Source of the DNA: a candidate division WOR-3 bacterium
GTDB lineage: Bacteria; Hydrothermota; Tepidihabitantia; Tepidihabitantales; Tepidihabitantaceae
Assembly (NCBI GenBank): GCA_965649295.1
Contig: CBFGKH010000006.1
Coordinates: forward strand, 123,639-187,638
Direction: 5' to 3'
DNA length: 64,000 bases
Shown piece by piece: positions 9,259 through 19,499 of this stretch. The notes under the pieces are model-generated. The model ran no database searches, was not told the DNA's origin, and saw only the letters and a program-made list of their open reading frames with translations. The stretch's first letter is position 1, and each line of letters starts with the position of its first letter. A program made the position numbers and the translations under genes.

Positions 9259-10428
9259 CTAGTGGTGGAACAGCCTTAGCCCGGTGAAGACCATCACCAT
9301 GCCATATTCGTCAGCAGCACGGATAATCCCATCGTCACGGGTCGAACCGCCGGTCTGAATGATGTAGCGCACTCCGGTGCGCGCGGCCCGGTCAATATTG
9401 TCGCGGAACGGAATGAAAGCGTCTGAGCCAAGGCAGATGCTGTCAAACCGACTGAGCCATTCATCCTTTTCCTGCCGCGACAGCCGTTCCGGTACCGCGC
9501 TGAAGTTGAGCTTCCAGGCAGCAAGCTCGGCCTCGGTCACATCCTCTTCGAGATAGAGGTCAATAGCCGTTGCCTTCTCTGACCGACTAACCCCGCGCTT
9601 GAACGGCAGGCCCCGCACCTTTGGGTGCAAGCGCAGTAGCCACTTCTCGGCTTTCTGGCAGGCCAGGCGCGTGCAGTGAATCCGCGACTGCTGGCCGGCA
9701 CCGACGCCGATCACCTGTCCGTCCCAGACCAAGCAGATTGAGTTCGACTGCGTGTACTTCAGCACCAGTTCGGCAATCAGTAGGTCGGTGGCCACCGCCG
9801 CCGGAATCTGCTTCTTGACCGTAACGACCTTGTCAAGGAGGGCCGCACTGATGACCGCGCTGTTGCGGGCCTGCTCGAGGGTGATGCCGAACACGGTCCG
9901 CTGCTCCAGTTCCGGTGGCACAAAGTTTGGGTCAATCAACAGAATCGGAAACCGACCCGACTTCTTCTTGCGCAGCAGTTCGAGCGCGGCCGGCTCATAA
10001 CCGGGCGCGATACAGCCGTCCGAAACCTCCCGGTCGAGAATCGCCGCTGTCGGTTCATCAACCGGTTCTGAGAATGCGGCCCAGTCACCAAACGACGACA
10101 TCCGGTCAGCACCGCGGGCCCGCACGTAGGCGGTTGCCAACGGCGAAAGCTCGGCCTTGCCGACAAAGAGCGACTCGGCCAGCTCTGGTGATAGCGGCCG
10201 GGCAATCGCCGCGCCAGCCGGGCTCGTATGCTTGAACGAAGCTGCTGCTGGCTGGCCGGTTAGCTGGCCCAGCTCCCGCACTAACTGCCACGAGTTCAAC
10301 GCATCAAGCAGATTGATGTAGCTGGGTGCGCCGTTGAGGACTCGTAGCGGCAGGGTGCCTTCGGTCACAAATGCCCGCGCCGGCACCTGGTGCGGGTTGA
10401 TCCCATAACGGAGTTTCAGTTCATCCAT
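9259..10428 (-). CDS. purH: AICAR formyltransferase (PurH C-terminal domain only)
   Basis: LRYGINPHQ, SFKHTSPAG, KYTQSNS, GAGQQSRIHCTRLA, SDAFIPFRDN, GLRLFHH. Confidence 0.9.
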   Translation of the reverse strand: MDELKLRYGINPHQVPARAFVTEGTLPLRVLNGAPSYINLLDALNSWQLVRELGQLTGQPAAASFKHTSPAGAAIARPLSPELAESLFVGKAELSPLATAYVRARGADRMSSFGDWAAFSEPVDEPTAAILDREVSDGCIAPGYEPAALELLRKKKSGRFPILLIDPNFVPPELEQRTVFGITLEQARNSAVISAALLDKVVTVKKQIPAAVATDLLIAELVLKYTQSNSICLVWDGQVIGVGAGQQSRIHCTRLACQKAEKWLLRLHPKVRGLPFKRGVSRSEKATAIDLYLEEDVTEAELAAWKLNFSAVPERLSRQEKDEWLSRFDSICLGSDAFIPFRDNIDRAARTGVRYIIQTGGSTRDDGIIRAADEYGMVMVFTGLRLFHH

Positions 10429-10460
10429 AGGCAGTCTTGATCACGACCTTCGCTCCAACC

Positions 10461-10493
10461 GTCATTCCGCGGCCGCGGTGCGGCCGCGGAATC
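10461..10493. repeat. REP/RPE-like palindrome
   Basis: GTCATTCCGCGGCCGCGGTGCGGCCGCGGAATC; related copies at 28416 and 62623. Confidence 0.6.
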
Positions 10494-10570
10494 GCCGCTC
10501 GCACCGGCGGAACTAACTTCTTGCTGTCTTTGTGCTCTTTGTGGTGAAATCTGGTGCTGGTCCCGCATGC

Positions 10571-12394
10571 TCACTCCACCGTCACGCTCTTGGCTAGGTT
10601 GCGCGGCTTGTCCACATCGCAGCCGCGGAGAACCGCAGCGTGATACGCAAGTAGTTGCAGCGGCAGCGCAACGAGAATTGGCGATAGATACTCTGGTGTC
10701 GGCGGCAGGTAGAAGACGTCTTCAGCCAACTCAGCCAAGGCCCGGTCGCCGACCGTCCCCACGGCGATTATCCGCCCCTTGCGCGCTTTGGCCTCGGCCA
10801 GATTGGAGATCATCTTATCGTACACCGAACCCTGCGGCGCGATACCAATGACCGGCACGCCATCGGTAATGAGTGATATTGGGCCGTGCTTCATCTCGCC
10901 AGCCGGATAACCAGTAGCATGGACGTAGGCGACCTCTTTCAACTTCAGTGCACCCTCAAGGGCTGAAGGATAGTTGATGCCCCGGCCGAGGAATATGAAG
11001 TCGTGCTCTTTGACCAGCTTCGCGGCCGTCTCCCGCACCCGGGCATCAAGCCCAAGACAGGCCCGAAGCTGCTCGGGCAGCCGGCGCACCGCCCGGCGAA
11101 TCTCGGCGTATTTCTCATCGGGCAGGCTATGACGCACCCGGGCAAAATAGAGCGCCACTGCCAATAGCGTCAGGATTTGAGCTGTGTAGGCTTTGGTCGA
11201 GGCGACGCCAATCTCAGGCCCGGCATGGATATAGACCGACGAATCTGCCTCACGGTCAATGGAGGAACGCCGGGTATTGAGAATCGCCAGTGACTTGATG
11301 TCGCGGCACTGGGCCTCGCGCAGAGCTGCCAGCGTGTCGGCCGTCTCACCCGACTGGCTAATCGGCAGCATCAGGGTCCGACCATCGTAGATGAACTCGG
11401 AGGTGCGCAGCTCCGACGAAATCTCCACCGACACCGGTATCCGGCAGAATTTCTCGAAGTAGTAGCGGCCGATCAGACCGGCGTGATAGGAGGTACCGCA
11501 GGCCTGAATCACAATCCGCTCGACCCGTTCGACCTCGTCCGGATAGAGCAGAAACTCTGGGTCCAGCGCGATGCGGTCAGCGTGGAATCGGCGCTCGACA
11601 TTTTCTTCTATTACCCGCGGCTGCTCGAAAATCTCCTTACGCATGAAGTGCGGATAGCGGCCGCGCGTCACCGCCTTCGCCTTCAGCTCCAGCGCCGAGA
11701 AGCTGCGCCGTACCGGTCGCCCCTGCAGGTCGGTAAGCTGTACTCGCTCCCGGGTAATGATGGCAATCTCGCCGTCCTGCATTGGCAGCATCTTGCGGGC
11801 GACCCCGGCCAGCGCCGTGGCGTCAGAAGCCAGAATCGTCTCACCCTTGCCCAGCCCGATAATCAACGGCGAGCCGGTTTTCACCGCATAAAGCCGGTCC
11901 GGCTCGCGGGTTGAGACCACCGCAATCGCATAAGCGCCCCGCAGCCGGGCCGCTGCCCGGCGCAGGGCCAAGGCCAGGTCGCGCTTGTAGTAGCTCTCAA
12001 TCAGGTGCACAATAACCTCGGTGTCGGTTGTCGAGACAAACTTGTGGCCCTGCTTTAGTAGTTGCTCGCGCAGCTCGCGGTAGTTCTCAATAATGCCGTT
12101 GTGCACCAGGGCAATCGTCCCGGTGCAGTCGGCAAACGGGTGGGCGTTCTCATCGGTCACGCGACCGTGCGTTGCCCAGCGAGTGTGGCCGACACCGAGC
12201 GAACCAGGCAGACTCTCCTGGGCGAGCAGTTCTTTCAGCTTGGCCAGCCGGCCCGCGGTCTTGCGAATGTGCAGACCGTCATCAACCGTGGCGATGCCAC
12301 AGGAGTCGTAGCCGCGGTATTCCAGCCGCTCCAGCCCGACCAAGATGACCGTCGCGACGTTTCTTGGCCCGACGTAACCAACGATACCACACAT
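10571..12394 (-). CDS. glmS: Glutamine--fructose-6-phosphate aminotransferase
   Basis: MCGIVG, EYRGYDS, GHTRWATHG, SQSGETADT, PRNLAKSVTVE. Confidence 0.97.
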   Translation of the reverse strand: MCGIVGYVGPRNVATVILVGLERLEYRGYDSCGIATVDDGLHIRKTAGRLAKLKELLAQESLPGSLGVGHTRWATHGRVTDENAHPFADCTGTIALVHNGIIENYRELREQLLKQGHKFVSTTDTEVIVHLIESYYKRDLALALRRAAARLRGAYAIAVVSTREPDRLYAVKTGSPLIIGLGKGETILASDATALAGVARKMLPMQDGEIAIITRERVQLTDLQGRPVRRSFSALELKAKAVTRGRYPHFMRKEIFEQPRVIEENVERRFHADRIALDPEFLLYPDEVERVERIVIQACGTSYHAGLIGRYYFEKFCRIPVSVEISSELRTSEFIYDGRTLMLPISQSGETADTLAALREAQCRDIKSLAILNTRRSSIDREADSSVYIHAGPEIGVASTKAYTAQILTLLAVALYFARVRHSLPDEKYAEIRRAVRRLPEQLRACLGLDARVRETAAKLVKEHDFIFLGRGINYPSALEGALKLKEVAYVHATGYPAGEMKHGPISLITDGVPVIGIAPQGSVYDKMISNLAEAKARKGRIIAVGTVGDRALAELAEDVFYLPPTPEYLSPILVALPLQLLAYHAAVLRGCDVDKPRNLAKSVTVE

Positions 12395-12402
12395 CGCCGG
12401 CG

Positions 12403-13794
12403 CTACTCCTTTGTTCCGGCCAGCAGCGTTCGCGCCTGCTCGACCACTGCCTCGGCCCGTTCGCGCGTCCTGGCCTCGGCGATTATCCTCAAGAGCGGCT
12501 CGGTATTCGACGGCCGCACATGCAGCCAGTAGTCGCTGCCCGCAATGCGCAGCCCGTCCTGAGTGTCCACGGCGGCGTCAGCGAACCCGGCCAGCAGTTG
12601 CGGCGTTCGTTCGGCGAACTCCTCACGCGAGACCGCTAGTGTCGTCTTCACCATTTCGTAGTGCGGCAGCCGCTGCCGGATGGCTGACAGCCTCACGTTC
12701 GGCTGGCTGAGCAACGCCAGCACTGTCGCGGCTGCGACCAGCCCGTCGCGAGTCGGGTTGACACTCGGCACAATCACACCACCGTTCCCCTCGCCGCCCA
12801 GCACCGCGCCGGTCTCAAGCATTCGCTCCAGCACCGACACTTCGCCGACCGGCGTCCGAACCACCTCGGCTCCCAGTGTCCGGCAGACATCTTCGACGGC
12901 CCGTGTCGTCGAAAGGTTGACAACCACCTTGGCGCTTTGGCTCTTGGTTTTTGGCTTTTGGCTTTCGCCTTGGGCTCCGAGTAGGCTCAGGCATGCGAGG
13001 CATATCGTCGCTTCTTCTCCCAATGGCGTCCCGGTCTCATCCACGCAACTGAAGCGGTCACCGTCCGGGTCGAACGCCAATCCGGCATCCAGCCCCTGCT
13101 CCCGCACCACGGTGCAGAGCGTACCCAGGTGCGCTGCCATCGGTTCGGGTCGGCGCGGAAAACCGTGCTTCATTGTCGCCGGTGACGGATCGCAGTAGAT
13201 GCACGTCACCTCGTGCCCAAACCTCTCGACCAGTCGCTTCGCCGCCACTGCCGCTGCCCCATTGGCCGCGTCAATCCCAATGCGCCGCCGCGCGCCGGCT
13301 TGCGGACAGATGCCGCTGGCGACAATCGCCGCCACATGCTCGTCAACTGCCCCACCGTCTGCCTGAACCGGCTGCAGCCCCAGCCAGTCAGTCCGCCGCA
13401 CCGGCCCACTAGCCCGGGAGCGCAGTTCCTCAATCTCGGCCGGCCGCAGAAAGGTGCCATCGCTGCGGCAGAACTTCATTCCATTCCAACGGTCGGGGTT
13501 GTGGCTGGCAGTGATTACAATACCGCCGGCCAGGTTGTGAGTACGGGTGTAATACAAAACGGTCGGCGTCGGAACGATACCAAGGTCAACAACCTCACAG
13601 CCAACCGAAGCCAGGCCGGCAACTGCCGCGGCCGCAAGCATCTCACCTGACAACCGTGAGTCACGTCCCAGCGCCACCCGCTGGCCGACGCGCGTTGACC
13701 CGAACGCCGCCGCGAACCGGGTCACTGTTTCGGGAAGCAGGTCATCGCCGACGACACCACGCAGACCAGAGATGCTGAGAATGGGATGCTGCAC
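12403..13794 (-). CDS. glmM: Phosphoglucosamine mutase / phosphomannomutase family
   Basis: SISGLRG, TASHNP, DPDGDR, GGEGNGG, RPSNTEP. The start is probably GTG 13794; the ORF-track extension to 14160 overlaps the opposite gene. Confidence 0.85.
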   Translation of the reverse strand: MQHPILSISGLRGVVGDDLLPETVTRFAAAFGSTRVGQRVALGRDSRLSGEMLAAAAVAGLASVGCEVVDLGIVPTPTVLYYTRTHNLAGGIVITASHNPDRWNGMKFCRSDGTFLRPAEIEELRSRASGPVRRTDWLGLQPVQADGGAVDEHVAAIVASGICPQAGARRRIGIDAANGAAAVAAKRLVERFGHEVTCIYCDPSPATMKHGFPRRPEPMAAHLGTLCTVVREQGLDAGLAFDPDGDRFSCVDETGTPLGEEATICLACLSLLGAQGESQKPKTKSQSAKVVVNLSTTRAVEDVCRTLGAEVVRTPVGEVSVLERMLETGAVLGGEGNGGVIVPSVNPTRDGLVAAATVLALLSQPNVRLSAIRQRLPHYEMVKTTLAVSREEFAERTPQLLAGFADAAVDTQDGLRIAGSDYWLHVRPSNTEPLLRIIAEARTRERAEAVVEQARTLLAGTKE

Positions 13795-13801
13795 TGGGGC
13801 G

Positions 13802-13830
13802 ATTATAGTCCCAGTGCCGCAAGGGGTCAA
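13802..13830 (-). promoter_or_regulatory. sigma70 promoter of glmM-glmS(-purH)
   Basis: TTGACC-N17-TATAAT, 7 nt before the GTG start. Confidence 0.7.
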
Positions 13831-13973
13831 ACTGCCAGAGGCTGTCATTTTGCGGCGGCAACGCGGCCGAGGAACCGTCGGGCTGGTTGCGACTGTGTGC
13901 CAACCCGCATCGCCGCTTTGACTTCTGCCCGCTGCTCTGCTAACTTCTGACCAAGACGCAGCGGTGAACCCCG

Positions 13974-15110
13974 ATGAAACGACTTGCGCTGTCCCTCTTT
14001 GTCCTGACATTTCTTGTCGCCGGCTGCGGCCAGCAGCCGGTGGTCTGGCAGTACCGGATTGACAGAAACAACGATGAGATGGCGAAGGCCATAACGACCG
14101 ACGGCACGAACCTCTATGTCGGCGCGACCGTGGTAAGGCCGGACGGTTCGGACCGGGCAATACCGCTCGTCACCAAGCTCTCGCCCGATGGCAAGGAGCT
14201 ATGGTCGAAGCTGTATCAGTACGCGGTGTACAGCACCTGCGAAGACCTGGTTGCTGACAGCACTGGCACCTGCTACTTGGTTGGCCGCGTCCGGCCCCAG
14301 GAGAAGACCGCCTGCCTGGTTGCCAGCTATGCGCCGGACAGCCGGGTGCTCTGGCAGAAAGGGCTCGAACTCGGGGACAAGACCTGGGGAATGGGCATCA
14401 CCAAGGTCGGTGAAGACAAGCTCGCCATCTGCGGCCTTGCCGGCACCGAGGAGAACAGCGACTACCTGATTGCCCTGCTCAACGCTGGAGACGGCCGTAC
14501 GATTTGGGCCCGCAACTACGACCTGAGCAAGAGCGACATCGCTTGGCGCATCGCCAGCGACCACAAAGGCAATCTGGCAGTTGTCGGCCAACACGGTAAC
14601 GATGACATCATCGTCATCAAGACAGCGCCGAACGGCGATACCCTCTGGACCCGCAGCTATGACTCCGGCGGTGAGGACCGGGCTGGCGACATCGCCTTTG
14701 ACCCGTTCGGCAACGTGCTTGTCACCGGCACGGCTCAAGTCGGCGATTCCACCCGCTGCGTCATCCTTGAATACGACCCGGACGGCGGCGTCATTCGCAA
14801 GGCCGCCTACGGTGAACAGGCTCAGGCCGAAGGCCGGGGCATCTGCGTCACCCCCGCCAGCGACATCTTCATTGCCGGCACGCTGCTCGGTGCGAAGACC
14901 GCGACCGGACGCAAGGCCGAACTCCTCGCCTTCGAATACCGACCGAGTGCGGTGTCAGTTTGGGAGCGGCACTACGCACCATCAGGAGACGAAGCAGCGG
15001 GTGTGGACTTGGTCGTAGCCGACAATGTCTATGCCGTCGCCAACGTCAACAGTCGAACCCGGGATGCCGTGGTCTGCTGCTTCAGCCGGCCAGTCCCAAA
15101 GCGACGTTAG
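13974..15110 (+). CDS. Lipoprotein with SBBP-like beta-propeller repeats
   Basis: Lipobox LVAGC; repeated D-x-x-G-N / G-x-x-x-W blades. Confidence 0.8.
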   Translation: MKRLALSLFVLTFLVAGCGQQPVVWQYRIDRNNDEMAKAITTDGTNLYVGATVVRPDGSDRAIPLVTKLSPDGKELWSKLYQYAVYSTCEDLVADSTGTCYLVGRVRPQEKTACLVASYAPDSRVLWQKGLELGDKTWGMGITKVGEDKLAICGLAGTEENSDYLIALLNAGDGRTIWARNYDLSKSDIAWRIASDHKGNLAVVGQHGNDDIIVIKTAPNGDTLWTRSYDSGGEDRAGDIAFDPFGNVLVTGTAQVGDSTRCVILEYDPDGGVIRKAAYGEQAQAEGRGICVTPASDIFIAGTLLGAKTATGRKAELLAFEYRPSAVSVWERHYAPSGDEAAGVDLVVADNVYAVANVNSRTRDAVVCCFSRPVPKRR

Positions 15111-15632
15111 ATGATCGCTGCTCTTAGCGGCATCCGGCCGGTTATCGCTCCTGACGCCTATATCGCGCCCAATGCCACAATCATCGGCCGCGTGACGGTC
15201 GGTTCGGGTTCGAGCATCTGGTTCAACACCGTCCTGCGCGGCGATATGGACGCAATCACGGTCGGCACTGATACGAATATCCAGGACCTCGCAATGGTTC
15301 ACGTTGACGATAAGACGCCCTGCATTATCGGCAGCCGCGTGACCATCGGCCACCGCGCCATCGTCCACGGCTGCGTCCTCGAAGACGAATGTCTCGTCGG
15401 GATGGGCGCAGTGATTCAGAACCGGGCCCACATCGGCCGCCACTCGCTCGTTGCCTCCGGTTCGGTGGTGCGCGAGGGCTTTACGGTGCCACCGGGCAAG
15501 CTCGTCGTCGGTGTGCCCGCGGTAGTAAAGCGCGACCTGACCGCGGCCGAGATTGAGCTGATTCTGCACATCAGCCGTAACTACGCGGCCCGGGGACGAC
15601 AATACCAGACCGGGTTTGTAAGGCTGGACTAA
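15111..15632 (+). CDS. Gamma carbonic anhydrase family (YrdA/CaiE-like)
   Basis: Hexapeptide repeats, LRGD, NIQD, metal-ligand His in MVH, TIGH and VHG. Confidence 0.9.
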   Translation: MIAALSGIRPVIAPDAYIAPNATIIGRVTVGSGSSIWFNTVLRGDMDAITVGTDTNIQDLAMVHVDDKTPCIIGSRVTIGHRAIVHGCVLEDECLVGMGAVIQNRAHIGRHSLVASGSVVREGFTVPPGKLVVGVPAVVKRDLTAAEIELILHISRNYAARGRQYQTGFVRLD

Positions 15633-15633
15633 G

Positions 15634-17043
15634 ATGCTGGGGCTGCTGCTCGGGCTGATTGCATCTCCGCTGTCCGGGCCGGGCGACATCGGCCAGGCCT
15701 TCTTCAACCAGTCCTGGTGCCAGCAACCTACCAGCGGCCACTACCAACCACCGCTGCCGCGTTCACTCGGCCTCGGCCAGGTTCTCCTTGACTCTGGCCC
15801 GATTACCGCCTACAGCGTCTGCACCGACACTAGCGGCACCGTCTGGCTCGCGCTCGCCCGAGCTGATGATACCCTGCGCCTACTCGCCTCCCACGACCAG
15901 GGTCAGACCTGGCAACAACAGCAATGGCTCTATGCTGGAGCGCCGCTCCGTCAGGTCAGGCTGCTTTCGCCGGTGGCTGGCCCGGTTGTCCTGCTGGCAT
16001 TCGTTCTGGTCGCGAGTGGTGACGGTGACCTCTGGCTCTGGCGCGTCAATCAGGACACCGGCTCGGCGCTGCTGCCGGTTGTTGTTGGCCCGGATACGAT
16101 TGACGACTTTGCGGTGGCGCTCGACCGCACCACAAACTACTACACCTACTGTGTCTATGTCAACGAGCGCCGGGCCGGCCGCACCGGTGGCTTCATCCGC
16201 AGTAGCGACCAGGGCCAGACCTGGAGTCCAGAAACCGACTTCTGGAACGCCCACGACCCCCAGCTTCTCGCCACCAACAGTTCAATGGTGCACGCTGCCT
16301 GGCGCTTTGCCATCGGCGGCACCCAGCTTCACTATGCCTACAACCGTCACTGCGGAACACCCCGGTACTGGTCAACGGTTCGGACTCTCACCGCCAGCCG
16401 CTACCGCCACTCCTCACCGCTGTTGGCTCAGGCTGACACCGGTGGCGGCTACTGGTCAGCGGTCTGGGCATTCTCGACCGTCTATCGCTACGACACCCTC
16501 AGCCGCGAGATTGAGTATGCTTGGAGTCCCACTAACGGCGACTGGTGGTTCACCGGCAAAGCCTTGGGCAACAGCTTTGTCGAGCAGTGGCCGGTCAGCC
16601 TTGCCAGCGACCCGACCGGCCCGGGTGGTTTTGTCGGCCTGCTCTACCTTTCCGGCCGGATTCTGGCGCTCGACTCACTCCAGCTCTACTGGCGCTGCGC
16701 CAACATCTACAGCCCTGAGTTCTGGACCCCGCCGGTGCTGGTCAGCTCCTCGCCGGTCATCCCCGAACCGGCACCGCAGCTCTGCCATGTTCGGTTTGGC
16801 GACTGGCGCGGCCCGCTCGTCTTCTACTGCACCGCCGACTCCGCCCTCAACATCGGCGCCGGCTGGCTGCCACCACCAAGCGACACCTCCCCGCGGCCAA
16901 TCGTTGCCGGCCGCACCCCAAAGCCAACCGCCGCCATCTACGATGCGCTTGGCCGCCGCGTCAACCCGCAAAACCTTCGGCCCGGCATCTACTTCTACCG
17001 TCCGACCACCGGCCCCAGTTGCCGAACTCTCCTCCGACCCTGA
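15634..17043 (+). CDS. Secreted BNR/Asp-box propeller protein with a short T9SS-like C-terminus
   Basis: SHDQGQTW and SSDQGQTW Asp-boxes; C-terminal IYDALGRRV...LRPGIYF. Confidence 0.7.
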   Translation: MLGLLLGLIASPLSGPGDIGQAFFNQSWCQQPTSGHYQPPLPRSLGLGQVLLDSGPITAYSVCTDTSGTVWLALARADDTLRLLASHDQGQTWQQQQWLYAGAPLRQVRLLSPVAGPVVLLAFVLVASGDGDLWLWRVNQDTGSALLPVVVGPDTIDDFAVALDRTTNYYTYCVYVNERRAGRTGGFIRSSDQGQTWSPETDFWNAHDPQLLATNSSMVHAAWRFAIGGTQLHYAYNRHCGTPRYWSTVRTLTASRYRHSSPLLAQADTGGGYWSAVWAFSTVYRYDTLSREIEYAWSPTNGDWWFTGKALGNSFVEQWPVSLASDPTGPGGFVGLLYLSGRILALDSLQLYWRCANIYSPEFWTPPVLVSSSPVIPEPAPQLCHVRFGDWRGPLVFYCTADSALNIGAGWLPPPSDTSPRPIVAGRTPKPTAAIYDALGRRVNPQNLRPGIYFYRPTTGPSCRTLLRP

Positions 17044-18839
17044 AACCACTCCAGCCGCCCTTCTGTCCGACCACGGCCGCCGAAATGAAATCACTCGGCT
17101 GGGACGAGTGTGACATCATCATCGTCACCGGCGACGCCTACGTTGACCATCCTGCCTTTGGAACAGCCATCATCAGTCGGGTGCTGCTCGCTGCCGGCTA
17201 CCGCGTCGGCATCATCCCCCAACCGCGCTGGCAAAATCCGGTTGACATCAGCCGGCTCGGCCGGCCCCGGCTCTTCTTCGGCGTCACCGCCGGCAACGTT
17301 GACTCGCTTTTGGCCAACCACAGCCCCACCCTCAACCGGCGCCAGCGCGACGACTACTCACCAGCCGGCCAGCCGGGCCGACGACCGGACCGGGCAACAA
17401 TCGTCTATTGCAATCTCCTGCGGCAGGCTTTCCCCGATACCCCCCTCGTCATCGGCGGCATCGAAGCCAGCCTGCGCCGACTCGCCCACTACGACTACTG
17501 GACCGACTCGGTGCGCCGCTCCCTCCTCCTTGACACCCGCGCCGACATCCTTGCCTACGGCATGGCCGAACGAGCAGTCCTCACCATCGCCGAGCGCCTG
17601 AGCTGCCCCAGCCCTGACCTCGCTGGCATTCCCGGCACCGCCATCATCAGCCGCGACCCGCCCCCTGGCCCGCACGTACTGTTGCCGGCGTTCGAACAGG
17701 TAAGCAAAGACAAAGCCGCCTTCAATCAGGCGTTCCGCCGCTGGTATTGCGAAACCGCCAAGCCGGTTGTCCAACCCCACAGTGACCGGCTCGTAATCCA
17801 ATACCCGCCCGGCCCACCACTCCCCACCGCCGAACTCGACCGCATCTACGAACTCCCCTACTCGCGCCAGCCCCATCCGTCCTACCGGCAGCCAATACCG
17901 GCACTGGCCACCGTCCGATTCTCAATCACCTCCCATCGCGGCTGTCTTGGCACCTGCTCATTCTGCTCACTCGCCGCCCACCAGGGCCGCATAGTCCAGT
18001 CCCGCAGCCCCGAATCAATCCTGCGCGAAGCCCAAATCATCACCAAACTGGCCGACTTTCGCGGCCACATCACCGACATCGGCGGCCCCAGCGCCAACAT
18101 GTACCAAGCCACCTGCCCGCAACTGCGACGAGGCACCGCCTGCGCCAACCGCGAATGCACCCATCCCCAGCCCTGCCCCAATCTCCAACTCGCATTCGAA
18201 CAACAACTCGAAATGCTCGCGGCAGTGCGAAGACTGCCCGAAGTCAAAAAAGTCTCGGTCGGCACCGGCATCCGCTTCGACCTCCTCGCCAACCCGGCCG
18301 GCACCCGCTACCTCGAACAACTCTGCCGCCACTACCTCTCCGGCCAGTTGCGCATTGCACCCGAACACGTCTCCGATCGAGTCCTCGCCGCCATGCACAA
18401 AGGCCGGCACGAGGCCTACCGCCAGTTCCGCCGCCGCTTCTATGCCATAAACCGGCAACTGGGGCGAAAACAATACCTGATACCCTACTTCATCTCCGGC
18501 CATCCCGGCGCGACAATCGAAGACGCCGTCCGCCTCGCCGAACACCTCGTGCGAACCGAACGTATCCTCATCCGGCAGGTGCAACAGTTCACCCCGCTGC
18601 CCATGACCGCGGCCGCTGCTGCCTGGCACACCGGCCATGACCCCTTCACCGGCCAACCCCTGCCGGTTGCCCGCGACCCCAAAGAACAACGGCTCCAACG
18701 GGCCCTGCTCCAGCTTCAACAACCCAAAAACTTCAACTACGCTGTCCAAGAACTGCAGCGCCGCGGCCGACCCGACCTGGCCAAACGGCTCCTCGCCCTG
18801 CAGCCGCTGCTCAACCGCCGTCTTGACAGCCGCCAATGA
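17019..18839 (+). CDS. ygiQ: YgiQ/UPF0313 radical SAM protein
   Basis: TGDAYVDHP, GGIEASLRR, HRGCLGTCSFC (CxxxCxxC), DIGGPSANMY; start may be ATG 17085. Confidence 0.9.
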   Translation: MPNSPPTLKPLQPPFCPTTAAEMKSLGWDECDIIIVTGDAYVDHPAFGTAIISRVLLAAGYRVGIIPQPRWQNPVDISRLGRPRLFFGVTAGNVDSLLANHSPTLNRRQRDDYSPAGQPGRRPDRATIVYCNLLRQAFPDTPLVIGGIEASLRRLAHYDYWTDSVRRSLLLDTRADILAYGMAERAVLTIAERLSCPSPDLAGIPGTAIISRDPPPGPHVLLPAFEQVSKDKAAFNQAFRRWYCETAKPVVQPHSDRLVIQYPPGPPLPTAELDRIYELPYSRQPHPSYRQPIPALATVRFSITSHRGCLGTCSFCSLAAHQGRIVQSRSPESILREAQIITKLADFRGHITDIGGPSANMYQATCPQLRRGTACANRECTHPQPCPNLQLAFEQQLEMLAAVRRLPEVKKVSVGTGIRFDLLANPAGTRYLEQLCRHYLSGQLRIAPEHVSDRVLAAMHKGRHEAYRQFRRRFYAINRQLGRKQYLIPYFISGHPGATIEDAVRLAEHLVRTERILIRQVQQFTPLPMTAAAAAWHTGHDPFTGQPLPVARDPKEQRLQRALLQLQQPKNFNYAVQELQRRGRPDLAKRLLALQPLLNRRLDSRQ

Positions 18840-18878
18840 CCAAAGCTACACTTCGCTGAAACTGAAAGGAGATAGGCT

Positions 18879-19496
18879 ATGAGGCACTTGCCGTGGCTGA
18901 CCCTGCTCCTGCTCAGCGCGGGCTGCAACCCGTTCCAGCAGGACAAAGAGTTCAAACCCAAAGGAACCCCGTTCACCCTCAATCCGGCAATCACCGTCAC
19001 CGCCCTCTACGGCTCAGACACCGGCTACAGCCGCCACGGGTTCTTCAACCTCGAACTACGCGGCCGGGCCACTACCATTGTCATCGAAACCCTGCCCGGC
19101 GGACTCTTCTTCATCCCCAAAAACAAAGAGACCCAGAACCTGATAGTCATCAAGCCCCAGGTCTTCTTATTCAGCACCGTCGAGACAACCTATGTCATCG
19201 GCGCATTCTGCTGCAACGCCGGCCTCCACGCGCCCGACGCATCAGACGACTACACAATAGGCCCGGTTACCGACAATCCTGACCTGCGGAAGATTGTCAA
19301 CATTTGCGCCGACCGCGACCTCACCTTTCACGGATTCCTGGTCCAGGAAGCAGTCTGGCAGGTAACCGATGGCGACGGCCTCACCCCGGGCATGGAAGAC
19401 TCGCTGCGCAACCTGCTACCACCCGACACCTCGCGCCTGCCCGAACCAACGTCATTGCCCCTGCGACCACTAAAACCGCAACCCCGAAAATACTAG
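18879..19496 (+). CDS. Lipoprotein, putative thioester-domain-like
   Basis: Lipobox LSAGC; AFCCN...P and VQEAVWQVTDG motifs. Confidence 0.7.
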   Translation: MRHLPWLTLLLLSAGCNPFQQDKEFKPKGTPFTLNPAITVTALYGSDTGYSRHGFFNLELRGRATTIVIETLPGGLFFIPKNKETQNLIVIKPQVFLFSTVETTYVIGAFCCNAGLHAPDASDDYTIGPVTDNPDLRKIVNICADRDLTFHGFLVQEAVWQVTDGDGLTPGMEDSLRNLLPPDTSRLPEPTSLPLRPLKPQPRKY

Positions 19497-19499
19497 CCA

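Noticed and set aside
10429..10570. ZMP/ZTP riboswitch before purH, or a glmS ribozyme
   Set aside because: The region is explained by a REP-like palindrome and a simple repeat; glmS starts only 8 nt after glmM, leaving no room for a ribozyme.
13795..14160. N-terminal extension of glmM (similar extensions for hutH, the DUF5674-like gene and the bactofilin-like ORF)
   Set aside because: They overlap real neighbouring genes or promoters; homology starts at downstream codons.
15659..17113. 484-aa alternative-frame ORF
   Set aside because: Low-complexity Ser/Thr/Pro/Arg shadow of the real BNR protein, typical of GC-rich DNA.
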